DNA from: an uncultured Bacteroidota bacterium
Lineage (GTDB): Bacteria > Bacteroidota > Ignavibacteria > UBA10030 > UBA8401
Assembly: GCA_963843065.1 (NCBI GenBank)
Contig: CAWJKX010000223.1
Span: 4,780 to 68,779 of the forward strand
DNA: 64,000 bases
Reading direction: 5' to 3'
Position 1 is the stretch's first letter. Each line of letters begins with the position of its first letter. Shown in pieces: positions 20,105 to 30,638 of this stretch. The notes below the pieces were generated by a model. That model saw nothing but the letters and a program-made list of their open reading frames with translations. It did no database searches and was not told the DNA's origin. The translations under genes were made by a program, and so were the position numbers.

Positions 20105-20962
20105 ATGCCTATTACAAGTGAAACAGTAAAAAAATTACGCGAAAAAACCGGCGCCGGCATGATGGATTGCAAACGGGCACTTGAAGCGACAAACGGCGAC
20201 ATGGAAAAAGCGATTGAATTTCTGAGGAAAAAAGGCGCAGCGACTGCCGAGAAACGCGCTGACCGCGTTGCAAATCAGGGTATCATTGTGACGAGAGTCG
20301 CGAACGGCGGGAAACTCGGCGTTATTGTTGAAATCAACAGCGAGACGGATTTTGTTGCGCGGAGTCAGGACTTTGTCCAATTTGCCAATGATGTAGCATC
20401 GATCGTCGAACGCAAAGTCCCGAAATCGATCACCGAACTGCTTGCTCTTTCGTACAACGACAAGAGAACGGTAAGGGATGCTTTATCGGATCTGGTTGGA
20501 AAAATCGGCGAGAAGATCGAAATCAAGCGGTTTGATGTCATCATGGCAGAGAACGGCGTGATCGAGGCGTATACACACATGGGAAGCAAGATCGGCGTTC
20601 TTGTAGAACTCTCGACCACCGCGGCGTCCGATGAAGCAAAGACGATCGCGCGCGATGTTGCGATGCAGGCCGCAGCAATGAATCCGAGCGTCGTTTCCCG
20701 CGAGCAAGTCAGCAAGAATGTGATCGAGCAGGAACTCGACATTTACCGCCAGCAAGCGAAGAATGAGGGAAAGCCGGACCAAGTTGTCGAACGCATAGCG
20801 ACGGGACGGCTTGAAAAATATTTTCAAGAAGTCGTTCTTCTCGAACAAAGCTTCATTAAAGATGCGAGCAAGGTCATCAAGGAAGTTTTGCAGGAAGCGT
20901 CGACAAAACACAACGACAAACTCGCGGTTCGTCAGTTTAAACGGTATCAACTCGGCGAATAG
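20105..20962 (+). CDS. tsf: Translation elongation factor Ts
   Basis: 285 aa with VKKLREKTGAGMMDCKRALEATNGDMEKAIEFLRKKG and EINSETDFVA. Confidence 0.95.
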   Translation: MPITSETVKKLREKTGAGMMDCKRALEATNGDMEKAIEFLRKKGAATAEKRADRVANQGIIVTRVANGGKLGVIVEINSETDFVARSQDFVQFANDVASIVERKVPKSITELLALSYNDKRTVRDALSDLVGKIGEKIEIKRFDVIMAENGVIEAYTHMGSKIGVLVELSTTAASDEAKTIARDVAMQAAAMNPSVVSREQVSKNVIEQELDIYRQQAKNEGKPDQVVERIATGRLEKYFQEVVLLEQSFIKDASKVIKEVLQEASTKHNDKLAVRQFKRYQLGE

Positions 20963-20977
20963 AAAATAATAGTTGAA

Positions 20978-21006
20978 GAAAGGTCTCCTCCGAGACCTTT
21001 CTTTTT
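20978..21006 (+). terminator. Rho-independent terminator after tsf
   Basis: 10-bp stem GAAAGGTCTC / GAGACCTTTC with loop CTCC, followed by TTTTT. Confidence 0.8.
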
Positions 21007-21022
21007 ATCAAAAAGGAACACT

Positions 21023-21757
21023 ATGCCGAAGCCAGCGTACAAGCGGATAATGCTGAAACTCAGCGGCGAGTCGCTTATGGGCGAGAAGGAATACGGGATC
21101 GACTCGGATGTCATCGGAAACTATGCCGAAGAGATCAAGGGTGTGCAGGAGCTCGGTGTGCAGATCGGTATTGTCATCGGCGGCGGGAATATTTACCGCG
21201 GTATTGAAAACTCGACCGACGGAATCGACAAGGTTACTGGCGACCATATGGGGATGCTCGCAACAGTGATTAATGCGCTCGCGCTCCAGAGCGCACTCGA
21301 ACATCACGGTGTTTTTACTCGCTGCCAGACGGCAATCAACATGGAACGGATCGCCGAGCCGTTTATCCGCCGCCGCGCAATCCGCCATTTGGAAAAAGGC
21401 CGCCTGGTGATCTTTGCGGCGGGCACGGGCAATCCGTATTTTACGACCGACACAGCCGCGGTGCTTCGTGCGATTGAAATTGGAGCCGATGTCATTATCA
21501 AAGGAACCCGCGTGGACGGGGTGTACGATTCCGACCCGGAGAAAAACCCGTCAGCAAAGCATTTCCCACAAATTTCTTACCAGGATGTTCTGCGAAAAGA
21601 TTTGCGCGTTATGGATATGACGGCAATAACCCTTTGCAGGGAAAATCATCTCCCGATAGCAATTTTCAATATGAACATTCCTTCCAACCTCCGCCGATTG
21701 GTTCTCGGGGAAAAAATAGGAACTGCAGTGAACGACAGCGTGGCTGCCATAAACTAA
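21023..21757 (+). CDS. pyrH: UMP kinase
   Basis: 244 aa with [41 protein letters not shown] and [18 protein letters not shown]. Confidence 0.95.
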   Translation: MPKPAYKRIMLKLSGESLMGEKEYGIDSDVIGNYAEEIKGVQELGVQIGIVIGGGNIYRGIENSTDGIDKVTGDHMGMLATVINALALQSALEHHGVFTRCQTAINMERIAEPFIRRRAIRHLEKGRLVIFAAGTGNPYFTTDTAAVLRAIEIGADVIIKGTRVDGVYDSDPEKNPSAKHFPQISYQDVLRKDLRVMDMTAITLCRENHLPIAIFNMNIPSNLRRLVLGEKIGTAVNDSVAAIN

Positions 21758-21770
21758 TCCAATAACATCA

Positions 21771-22341
21771 TTGGGTGAGGCTATGTTAAAACAAATACTG
21801 AAGGACGGCGAGGCCCGGATGCACAAAGCCGTCGATGTTGTGCGCACAGAATTGATGAAAATTCGGACGGGTAAAGCAACAACAGCGCTACTCGATTCGG
21901 TAAAAGTCGATTACTACGGTACGATGACGCCGTTGACTCAAGTGGGCAGCGTGAGCGTACCGGATGTTCATCTCATCACGATTACGCCGTGGGACAAGGG
22001 AATGCTTGTACACATTGAAAAGGCGATTCTTGCTGCTAACCTCGGACTCAATCCGGGGACCGACGGAACCGTGGTGAGGGTTCCCATCCCTCCGCTCAAT
22101 GAAGAACGACGTAAAGAACTTGTCAAGCTCGTGAAAAAATTCGGCGAAGAGGGAAAGGTTGCGATCCGTAATATTCGCCGCGACACGAACGAGCATTTGA
22201 AAAAAGCAGAAAAAGACGAACACTTTTCAGAGGATGAACGAAAACGCGGGAGAACTGGAAGTGCAGAAATACACGGACAATCACATCAAAGAAGTCGACA
22301 ACCTCCTTGCCGCTAAAGAAAAAGAAATTATGGAAGTCTAA
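21771..22341 (+). pseudogene. frr: Ribosome recycling factor, frameshift near 22245 (likely start at ATG 21783)
   Basis: ...MKIRTGKATTALLDSVKVDYYGTMTPLTQV...NLGLNPGTDGTVVRVPIPPLNEERRKELVK... After ...SEDE the conserved tail ELEVQKYTDNHIKEVDNLLAAKEKEIMEV* continues in the +1 frame to 22341. Confidence 0.85.
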
Positions 22342-22365
22342 ATCTGCAGAAAATTGTCTTTTCAG

Positions 22366-22393
22366 AGCCTCATTCGTTGAATGAGGCTTTTTT
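22366..22393 (+). terminator. Rho-independent terminator after frr
   Basis: 9-bp stem AGCCTCATT / AATGAGGCT with a 5-nt loop, followed by TTTTTT. Confidence 0.8.
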
Positions 22394-22440
22394 ATTTATG
22401 CAATTTATTCCTTATTGGGTTTACTACCCCGATGCTTGTG

Positions 22441-22500
22441 TCGTCATTCCGGCGAAAACCGGAATCCAGAATCTGGATGCCAGCGTCTGCTGGCATGACA
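22441..22500 (+). repeat. Hairpin-chain repeat (two adjacent GC-rich hairpins)
   Basis: ATTCCGG-cgaaaa-CCGGAAT (22446-22465) and ATGCCAGC-gtct-GCTGGCAT (22477-22496). The GTCATTCCGGCGA...CCGG word recurs, reverse-complemented, at 62706-62725. Confidence 0.7.
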
Positions 22501-22688
22501 AATACTTCGCTGCTTGCGGCGAGGATTATTTATTGACTTGACTATCCTCCCTCCAAATGGTATCCTTTCGGAGATTTTAAAGAGAAAAAAACAGCTTCGT
22601 CCAGCGTTGTAACATTACGAAGAAATATTCGTAATACTATTTGAGGCCGGAATCTTTGAAGTCTCTTCATTAGACGACTGAGGCAATT

Positions 22689-23354
22689 ATGGAACCGAAA
22701 CGATTATTCAAGTCGCCGACAAACAAAATCATCGCCGGCGTATGCGGCGGTTTGGCGGAATATTTTGATGTCGACCCGGTGATTATGCGGATCCTCTTTG
22801 TGCTGCTGGCATTTTTTGGCGGCTCAGGATTTATTCTCTACATCGCCTGCGCAATTATCATGCCGAAGCGGGTGATCGATGTGGCAGGGATGGAGACGCC
22901 GGTCGAATCGCGGTCCACAAACGCGCGGAAATTGTTCGGGATCGCTCTTATTATTGGTGGTGCAATAGTATTGTTCTCGAACCTGGGGTTATTTTCTTTT
23001 CTCCATATGTGGGACATCTCGTGGAGTTTGGTGTTTCCGATCCTGCTTATTTTGTTAGGAATGGCTATCATTTATTATCGGCAAGCGGAACGAGCTCCTG
23101 CTGCTGAACAGTCGGCTGATTTCCAGGCTGAGGAGCCACTTTCTCCCGCCCCGCCATATCGTACGTTCAGGCGTTCGCGAACCGATAAAAAACTGGGAGG
23201 GGTTTGCGGCGGCCTGGCAAAATATTTTTCGATCGATTCCACGCTGTTGCGACTGCTGTACATTATTTTGTGTTTGGCCTCTTTCGGGGCTGGCATTGTG
23301 CTGTACATAACACTGGTTCTTCTCGTACCGTACGAAAGTCATCCTAACTTATAA
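22689..23354 (+). CDS. PspC-domain membrane protein (two PspC domains)
   Basis: N-terminal KIIAGVCGGLAEYFDVDPVIMRILFVL and C-terminal KKLGGVCGGLAKYFSIDSTLLRLLYII, separated by transmembrane segments. Confidence 0.8.
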   Translation: MEPKRLFKSPTNKIIAGVCGGLAEYFDVDPVIMRILFVLLAFFGGSGFILYIACAIIMPKRVIDVAGMETPVESRSTNARKLFGIALIIGGAIVLFSNLGLFSFLHMWDISWSLVFPILLILLGMAIIYYRQAERAPAAEQSADFQAEEPLSPAPPYRTFRRSRTDKKLGGVCGGLAKYFSIDSTLLRLLYIILCLASFGAGIVLYITLVLLVPYESHPNL

Positions 23355-23377
23355 GTATCTACTGACAAGGAAAACTC

Positions 23378-23890
23378 ATGGAACAACATACTTTCAGTCG
23401 GTTTCCGATCATTGGTTTTGTTCTCGTCCTTTTGGGCGTTGCGCTCTTGCTGAATCAAATGAGCGTTATTCATATCGGCGGGTGGGCGCTTGTGTGGCTC
23501 GGGCTTCTTGTCTACGGTGCTGCGGTTGTCCTCCGTTCGTTCGTCAGCAACGACCGGAGCAAAGTTTTCTTCGGCACGTTATGCTTCCTCGCGGGCATTC
23601 TATTCTTTTTGCGGAAAGGGGGATTCGTTCACGGCTCGTTCTCAATCTATTTTCCGGCGTTCATCATCATCGTCGGCATTGCGTTCTTCATGTTGTTCGT
23701 TTTCAATGTGAAGGACTGGCACCTGCTCATACCGTCAATTATCTTTCTCGGGCTTGGCGCTGCGCTGATGCTGACTCATCTCGGATATTGGTACAGCAGA
23801 GACGTCTGGAGATCGATCGGATCCTATTGGCCGCTGATCCTGGTCATTATTGGCGCGACGATGTTATTGCGGAGATGGAAGGAGAAGTGA
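23378..23890 (+). CDS. Polytopic membrane protein, LiaI/LiaF-like (DUF5668-type)
   Basis: 170 aa made almost entirely of hydrophobic helices and ending WPLILVIIGATMLLRRWKE. Paired with the PspC gene, as is commonly seen. Confidence 0.55.
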   Translation: MEQHTFSRFPIIGFVLVLLGVALLLNQMSVIHIGGWALVWLGLLVYGAAVVLRSFVSNDRSKVFFGTLCFLAGILFFLRKGGFVHGSFSIYFPAFIIIVGIAFFMLFVFNVKDWHLLIPSIIFLGLGAALMLTHLGYWYSRDVWRSIGSYWPLILVIIGATMLLRRWKEK

Positions 23891-23926
23891 ACAATCGGCA
23901 GGATGGCGGAAGTGAAACAGAAATTC

Positions 23927-26728
23927 TCAGTGAGCCTCCAGCCAATTTTTGCCGACACCGATTTCGACTTCGACCGGGACATTAAGTTTCAACGCGTTCT
24001 TCATATTGTCTTCGACAAGTTCTTTTACAGCAGATTCTTCTTTTTTTATTACCTCGAAGACCAATTCATCGTGAACCTGCAGAAGCATTTTGCTCTGCAG
24101 GTTTTTTGTTTTCAGGACGTTATGGATCTTGATCATCGCGAGCTTAATCATGTCGGCAGCAGTTCCCTGGATCGGCATGTTGATGGCCTGGCGTTCGGCA
24201 TTCGACCGCAGGTTTGCGTTCTTGCTGTGGATGTCCGGCAGATAGCGGCGCCGGTCGAGCAGTGTTGTAACAAAACCGTCGCGCCGTACCTTCGCAATCG
24301 TGTCTGCGATATACTGATTGACTTTGGGAAACCGTTCGAAGTATTTCGAAATGATTTCCTTCGCTTCGGTTTGAGTGATCTCCAGGCGCGACGCTAACCC
24401 GAAAGCGCCGATGCCGTACATAATTCCAAAATTCACTTCTTTTGCTTTCCGGCGCATATCCCGCGTAACATCGCTTTGGGGCACGCCGAAAACTTTTGCG
24501 GCCGTGGTGGAGTGAATATCCTCCCCCAATGCAAACGCCTCGAGCAATCCTTCATCCCCGGAAATATGCGCCATGATGCGCAGCTCGATCTGTGAGTAAT
24601 CCGCCGACATGATCTCCATTTCTTTTCCGCCGGGAATAAACGCGCGGCGTATCTCCCTGCCGATATCGGACCGGATTGGAATATTCTGTAAATTTGGGTC
24701 GCTGCTCGAAAGTCTTCCAGTTGCGGCTACGGTTTGATTAAACGAAGTATGAACGCGGCCCGTTGCGGGATGGATAAGCTTCGGCAGCGCGTCGACGTAG
24801 GTCGACTTCAACTTCGAAAGTTGGCGGTATTCGAGCATCCTTTCCACGATTGGATGTTCTGTCCGCAATGCTTCCAGCACCGAGACATCGGTTGAAAAAC
24901 CGGTCTTTGTTTTCCGGACGGGGGCCAACTTCAGTTTATCAAAAAGGATCACCGAAAGCTGCTGTGTGGAGTTGATGTTGAATTTTTCGCCTGCATCCGA
25001 ATAAATCTGTGCTACCAGGTTGTCGAGCTGCCTCTCAAGTTCTTTCGACATTCCGGAAAGGAACGCCACATCGATTTTTATTCCTGTGAATTCCATGTCC
25101 GCGAGCACAGCGATAAGAGGAAATTCTACGTCGCTGCACAGTGATTTCATTCCCTGAGCCGCGAGTTTGTCATGAAGGATATTCGAAAGCTGGAAAGTGA
25201 TATCCGCGTCCTCGGCGGAGTAATTTCCAACGTCGGCAACAGGGATGTCCCGGATATCCTTTCTCTCCTTGCCTGTTCCCGTTAAGTCGTCGAATGACAC
25301 CATTTTATAGTTCAGGTGTTCTTTCGCAAGGACGTCGAGATTATGCTGCCCCTCTGAACGAAGCACATAGCTTGCGACCATCGTGTCGAACCCTATGCCT
25401 TTTGTCCAGATGCCTTTTCGGGAGAAGACAAGCATATCATACTTAATATTCTGCCCGTATTTTTTTATCTTTTCGTTTTCGAAGATTGGCTTGATGTCGG
25501 CGATGACCTTTTTCAGTGGAAATGATTTTTCGTTGGGATGTTTTGCGGGCTTCTTTGCCGGTTCGAACAACGAAGCATCCTCGGAAGGCGCTTCTCTCTC
25601 AACTTCCACCGGTACATAATACGCCTTGTTCGGCTCGAAACAGAACGAGATTCCAACAATGTGAGCCTGCAACGCGTCGGTCGACGTTGTCTCAGTGTCG
25701 AACACAAATTCTTTTGCCTTTTTGAGCTTGGACATCAATCGCAGATATGTAGCGTCGGAATCGACGATGATGTACTCATGCTTGGACGTAGTAATATCGC
25801 GCAACGTAAGAGTCTGTGGGTCAAAGCTGACATCGGTAACGGGCTCAGGCTCTTCCTCTTTTAACCGCCGGGCAAGGCTGCGGAATTCCAATGCAGTGTA
25901 TAACGCATGAAGCGCCGGAACATTTTTCTCTGCTGATTTAAGTTTATGGAAATCGATGGAGACGGGGGCATTGATTTCAATTGTGACCAATTTTTTTGAC
26001 AGCAGGGCCATTTCTTTGTTGGATCTCAGTTTCTCCTGCAGCCCTTTTTGTGGGATCTCGTCAATGTGCGCAAAAAGGTTTTCGATGGTACCATATTTTT
26101 TGATCAACGGCTCGGCAGTCTTCGGCCCGACCCCGGCAACGCCCGGGACGTTATCCGATTGGTCTCCGATGAGGCCGAGTATTTCGATGACCTGTTCCGG
26201 CGGCACACCGAATTTTTCCATGACTCCCGATTCGTCGACGATTTCATCGTCATTTCCCCCTTTGCCGGGCCGATACAATCTCACCGTTGGCGAAACGAGC
26301 TGCATGAAATCCTTGTCGCTGGTGACAAGGAATGTCTCGACATTTTCTTTTTCGGCTCGTTTAGCAAGCGTGCCGATAACATCGTCTGCTTCGAAGCCGG
26401 GGAGTTCTACAACGGGAACGTTGAATGCGCGAACGACATCCTTTAACGTGTCCATCATGGCGGACATATCTTCCGGCATTTTTTGCCGCGTTGCTTTGTA
26501 TTCAGGGTACGCTTTATGGCGGAATGTCGGCTCGATGGTGTCGAAGACGACAGCGATGTAATCCGGCTTTTTCTCGTCCAGGATTTTATTCAGGTAATTC
26601 ACAAAGCCGAAAACAGCACTCGTGTTCTCCCCCTTCGAGTTCATCAACGGGTTCCGGATAAAGGCATAGTAAGAGCGGTAGGCAAGGGCCATTCCGTCCA
26701 GAAGATACAGGGTTGGTTTCTGTTTCAT
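23927..26728 (-). CDS. polA: DNA polymerase I
   Basis: 933 aa. 5'-nuclease domain (LYLLDGMALAYRSYYA), 3'-5' exonuclease domain (FVFDTETTS) and polymerase motifs (DYSQIELRIMAH, RRKAKEVNFGIMYG, QVHDELVFE). Confidence 0.97.
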   Translation of the reverse strand: MKQKPTLYLLDGMALAYRSYYAFIRNPLMNSKGENTSAVFGFVNYLNKILDEKKPDYIAVVFDTIEPTFRHKAYPEYKATRQKMPEDMSAMMDTLKDVVRAFNVPVVELPGFEADDVIGTLAKRAEKENVETFLVTSDKDFMQLVSPTVRLYRPGKGGNDDEIVDESGVMEKFGVPPEQVIEILGLIGDQSDNVPGVAGVGPKTAEPLIKKYGTIENLFAHIDEIPQKGLQEKLRSNKEMALLSKKLVTIEINAPVSIDFHKLKSAEKNVPALHALYTALEFRSLARRLKEEEPEPVTDVSFDPQTLTLRDITTSKHEYIIVDSDATYLRLMSKLKKAKEFVFDTETTSTDALQAHIVGISFCFEPNKAYYVPVEVEREAPSEDASLFEPAKKPAKHPNEKSFPLKKVIADIKPIFENEKIKKYGQNIKYDMLVFSRKGIWTKGIGFDTMVASYVLRSEGQHNLDVLAKEHLNYKMVSFDDLTGTGKERKDIRDIPVADVGNYSAEDADITFQLSNILHDKLAAQGMKSLCSDVEFPLIAVLADMEFTGIKIDVAFLSGMSKELERQLDNLVAQIYSDAGEKFNINSTQQLSVILFDKLKLAPVRKTKTGFSTDVSVLEALRTEHPIVERMLEYRQLSKLKSTYVDALPKLIHPATGRVHTSFNQTVAATGRLSSSDPNLQNIPIRSDIGREIRRAFIPGGKEMEIMSADYSQIELRIMAHISGDEGLLEAFALGEDIHSTTAAKVFGVPQSDVTRDMRRKAKEVNFGIMYGIGAFGLASRLEITQTEAKEIISKYFERFPKVNQYIADTIAKVRRDGFVTTLLDRRRYLPDIHSKNANLRSNAERQAINMPIQGTAADMIKLAMIKIHNVLKTKNLQSKMLLQVHDELVFEVIKKEESAVKELVEDNMKNALKLNVPVEVEIGVGKNWLEAH

Positions 26729-26800
26729 CGCGGCTGTGAATTAAGAAATTGAGTAGTGGAAAATATACCCAAAGGGAACTCCAATTGCAAAAAAGCACGC

Positions 26801-26910
26801 CTGAAAAATCGTATCTCGGCAAGCCGCAAAGGCGCGAAGACTTTGTTTTTGAAACCATTTTTGACTTTGCGTCTTTGCGTGAGCCATACTTTTGGAACTA
26901 TTTAGAAGTC
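26801..26910 (+). repeat. Intergenic repeat family 1, copy C (diverged)
   Basis: CTGAAAAATCGTATCTCGGCAAGCCGCAAAGGCGCGAAGA...TTGACTTTGCGTCTTTGCGTGAGCCATACTTTTGGAACTATTTAGAAG aligns along its length with copies A and B. Confidence 0.65.
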
Positions 26911-26972
26911 TCAAAATTATTGGAAAAGCCGGCCTCCTTCAGTATATTCCAATATCAAAAAACACATCTATC

Positions 26973-27830
26973 ATGATTTATTTCCTCATCTTCATCCAAG
27001 TTTTGATTGCAAGCGGAACGCATCTTGTCGCGAAAGCTGTCGTGGTAGACGTTGAGCCGGTGGCATTGACGTTCCTGCGAACATGCGTTTCGAGTGCAGC
27101 GCTGGCCATCCTCTTTATTATCAAAGAAAAAAGAATAAGAATCCTGAGGGTAGATTACGGAAAAATGTTGTGGCTTTCATTCGTTGTTATTCCGCTGAAC
27201 CAATTCCTCTTTCTGTATGGGATAAAGTTTACAACCGCCGCAAATGCCTCCTTGCTGTATGCGACGACTCCTGTGCTCGTTCTTGTCTTCTCGCATCTCA
27301 TGCTCGGCGAGAAATTGAAAAAGCGGAAGATAACAGGAGTGCTGATCGCATTCTGCGGTGTAGCGCTCATAATTTTTGAACACGGCGTGAGCTTTTCTTC
27401 GGACTATACCTATGGAAACGTCGTCATGTTTATTGCAGTCATCGCATGGTCATTGTATACGATCCAGGGAAAACCATTGGTGGTGAAATACGGCGCTTTT
27501 CACATCGCGTCGCTTTCGATGATCGGAGGAATGATCCTCTTCCTGCCATTAGGGATTTACGGTGCGAGCCGATTCGACTTTTCCACGCTGACGGTTTTCC
27601 ATTGGGAAGGGATTTTATATTTAGGCCTTGGTACGTCTGTTGTCTCGTATTTTCTGTGGTACTATGCGATAGGGAAAATGGAGACGACGAAGGTGGCAAT
27701 ATTTGCGAATGCTCAGCCAATCGTGACTAGCGTTCTATCGTACTTCTTCCTTCACCAACTTGTCAGCAAGTATTTTGTCGTTGGAGCTGTTATTACGCTC
27801 TTGGGCGTAGTTCTTACGGAACTGGGATAG
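26973..27830 (+). CDS. EamA/DMT-family transporter
   Basis: Ten hydrophobic segments in two EamA-like halves. ATG 26973 (MIYFLIFIQVLIASGTHLVAK) is preferred to the ORF-track start at 26892, which overlaps the repeat. Confidence 0.8.
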   Translation: MIYFLIFIQVLIASGTHLVAKAVVVDVEPVALTFLRTCVSSAALAILFIIKEKRIRILRVDYGKMLWLSFVVIPLNQFLFLYGIKFTTAANASLLYATTPVLVLVFSHLMLGEKLKKRKITGVLIAFCGVALIIFEHGVSFSSDYTYGNVVMFIAVIAWSLYTIQGKPLVVKYGAFHIASLSMIGGMILFLPLGIYGASRFDFSTLTVFHWEGILYLGLGTSVVSYFLWYYAIGKMETTKVAIFANAQPIVTSVLSYFFLHQLVSKYFVVGAVITLLGVVLTELG

Positions 27831-27981
27831 TCGACGGTATTCTCGCCGATTCGAAAGTAAATCACACTTTCTGATATATCAATCACTTCCAGCGATCCCT
27901 TCAAATTTCCCCTTGACTTTATTTCATTGATTGCTATATTTCTATATAGATAGGGTTTCTTTCCAACAACTTTGAGGAGTA

Positions 27982-30474
27982 ATGTCGAGACGGTCATTTT
28001 GGTTACTATCAATCTCCTTCGTCATTTTTGCCCCTTGGGCTTCAAGTTGGCCCATCTTGCAGGCACAACCGCTTGAGCAAATTTTCAGAATTGATGTATC
28101 TCTTCTAGCCTCCGCATTTCCCCAATCTGTCAAATCGCCCGTCAGCTCTGATTTCAAGGACACTGCTTCTTCCGCTTTGCCCGTAGCAGGCATCGATTCA
28201 AAGGTCGCCAAAAACGGGTCAGACTCGTCCATTATAGTCGTAATTGACTCGACGGATGAGGGGGACGAAACGGTTATTGCGGTGCGATTGGAATCGGCAC
28301 GCCAGCATTATCTCTCCGCGCTCCAGGCGCAAACGATGGGTGATTCTGTGCTCTCTGCGGATGAGTTTGAGCAAGCGATCGGAATCCTCAACGAGATCAG
28401 CTACTATCCGGATATCGAGAACAATCAGGAATACAACGACCTGAGCCGAAGCGTCGTCGAAGACTACGAGAAATATATTGCAAGCATCGATGAACTGGGG
28501 CCGCAGAGTTCTATTTTTGCGTTGCGCGAGAAACTGAATCTCGACATTGAGAACATCGATATCTCACATGTCAAAATACCGAATGTCCCCATTCCCGAAA
28601 CCACGATTCCAATGAAAATGAACGACCTTGTCGAAAGGAACATCATGTTTTTTATCGATAAAGGCCGGGAACATTTTGAGCGATGGCTCTATCTCTCAGG
28701 GAAGTATTTTCCCGCCATCGGCCGGATTTTTACGGAAGAAGGCGTGCCGAAAGAAATGATGTATCTTTCGATGATGGAGAGCGGGTTGAATCCATCTGCC
28801 AGGTCCTGGGCTAAAGCTGTCGGAATGTGGCAATTCATGAAAGGGACCGGTGCATTGTACGGTCTGCGTGGAAATTACTGGTATGACGAGAGGCGCGATT
28901 ATGAGAAAGCAACCCGTGCAGCCGCTCGTTACTTGAAAGACCTTCACGATCAATACGGCGATTGGCAGCTCGCGATTGCGGCATACAATTCGGGAGGCGG
29001 AAGAATAAACAGAGGAATTCGCAGGAGCCATACGAACGATTATTGGTCTATGCGTCGTTTTTTGCCGCGCGAGACACGAAATTATGTGCCGCAGTATATC
29101 GCCGTTTCGCTGATGGCAATGAATCCGGAAGCATACGGATTCAAAAGTGTGCCGCGTGCCGACAGTCTATCGTATGAGTATGTTACCGTGGACGACTGCG
29201 TCGACCTTGATGTGTTAGCCGATTGTGCGGGGACCACTGCGGAAACGCTGAGAGAATTGAATCCGGAATTGATCCAGTGGTGCACGCCCCCGAATTATCG
29301 CGGATATAAATTGAGGATCCCCGCCGGATCAACGGACGCTTTTACAAAGAAGTATGCACAAATTCCCGACGACCAGAAGCGTCAATGGGCAGAACACAAA
29401 ATACGCCGCGGAGACACGCCGGGGAGTATCGCACGGAAATACGGTATCGCAACGTCGGTACTGCTTGAAGTCAATAAGCTTACAAAAAGGAGCAGGCTGA
29501 GAATCGGAAACTATCTTATTATTCCGATTTCGAAAAAAAGATTACTTGCTGCAAATACAGAACCGGTTGCCCAGCAGGAAACAGAGCCCGCCGCCCAAAA
29601 GGAGACCGAGCCTGTTGAGAAAACGAGAGTTGTTGCTCCACGAGTCCATCGGCACCGGACCCTCGTGCCAGAGGGCCGGGATAAGGTTGCGTATGTGGTT
29701 AAAAGGAAGGATACACTCGGGCATATTGCTGAATGGTTCGATGTGCGGGCCAGCGATTTACGGAATTGGAACAACATTCCATACGGACGTTCGATCCAGA
29801 TCGGTCAAACGATTGCCGTGTGGGTGCCGTCAGAAAAATTAGATCAATATGCAAAAATTGTCGCGATGAGTTTTGAACAGAAGAACGCGTTGAAAAGCAC
29901 TCCTCAGGCGAAATTACCGGCGGGTGTGAGCGCTGGCGATCAAGTTGACGATCGGAACCATTGGGTTCAGCATGTTGTAAAGAGGGGGGAGACACTCGAA
30001 AAAATTGCCGGCGATTACAATGTCGCCATTGCTGATTTGAAGAGTTGGAACAAATTGCGGCGGAGCAAGATTTATGCGGGCAAAATTCTTGAAGTCTATG
30101 TTGAACCGTCAGCCGGCCTATCACCAGAACCCGCGCCGGCACAAAAACAAGAGCCCGTAAAAGCAGCTCCTGTAAAGGAGAAGACAATACGGCACAAGGT
30201 CAAGAGGGGAGAGACGCTTGAGAAGATTGCCAGCATGTACAATGTATCGATTGCAGATATTAAAAAGTGGAATAAACTCACGACCTCCCGTGTCCTTTCA
30301 GGACGGAGATTAAAAATTCGGCTCACCTCAGAGAATATGGATTACTATCGCGTCCGCACCGGCGATACATTGTGGGATATATCAAAAAAATTCGGCGTTT
30401 CAGTTGATGATATCCAACGGTGGAATGCGTTGGCCGATATAAGGGTTGGGGACAAACTCGTCATTTACCACTGA
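27982..30474 (+). CDS. Membrane-bound lytic murein transglycosylase (MltD-like) with five C-terminal LysM domains
   Basis: 830 aa with a signal peptide, the SLT catalytic region ([26 protein letters not shown]...AAYNSG) and five repeats of the LysM pattern (H/Y-x-V-K/R-x-G-D/E-T-L...I). Confidence 0.85.
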   Translation: MSRRSFWLLSISFVIFAPWASSWPILQAQPLEQIFRIDVSLLASAFPQSVKSPVSSDFKDTASSALPVAGIDSKVAKNGSDSSIIVVIDSTDEGDETVIAVRLESARQHYLSALQAQTMGDSVLSADEFEQAIGILNEISYYPDIENNQEYNDLSRSVVEDYEKYIASIDELGPQSSIFALREKLNLDIENIDISHVKIPNVPIPETTIPMKMNDLVERNIMFFIDKGREHFERWLYLSGKYFPAIGRIFTEEGVPKEMMYLSMMESGLNPSARSWAKAVGMWQFMKGTGALYGLRGNYWYDERRDYEKATRAAARYLKDLHDQYGDWQLAIAAYNSGGGRINRGIRRSHTNDYWSMRRFLPRETRNYVPQYIAVSLMAMNPEAYGFKSVPRADSLSYEYVTVDDCVDLDVLADCAGTTAETLRELNPELIQWCTPPNYRGYKLRIPAGSTDAFTKKYAQIPDDQKRQWAEHKIRRGDTPGSIARKYGIATSVLLEVNKLTKRSRLRIGNYLIIPISKKRLLAANTEPVAQQETEPAAQKETEPVEKTRVVAPRVHRHRTLVPEGRDKVAYVVKRKDTLGHIAEWFDVRASDLRNWNNIPYGRSIQIGQTIAVWVPSEKLDQYAKIVAMSFEQKNALKSTPQAKLPAGVSAGDQVDDRNHWVQHVVKRGETLEKIAGDYNVAIADLKSWNKLRRSKIYAGKILEVYVEPSAGLSPEPAPAQKQEPVKAAPVKEKTIRHKVKRGETLEKIASMYNVSIADIKKWNKLTTSRVLSGRRLKIRLTSENMDYYRVRTGDTLWDISKKFGVSVDDIQRWNALADIRVGDKLVIYH

Positions 30475-30638
30475 TACTGTTACCGCAGTATTGCTCTTTT
30501 GTTAATTAATTATTCCTGCCTTGATTCTTTTTCAAGATGCGTGTATATTCCTACCGCGACTTCTGTGGACTGCAAAGCTCGCCGTTTTTCTAAAAGATAA
30601 TTTCTGAGGAGAGATCCACTTTTACTTTTTGGTACCCC

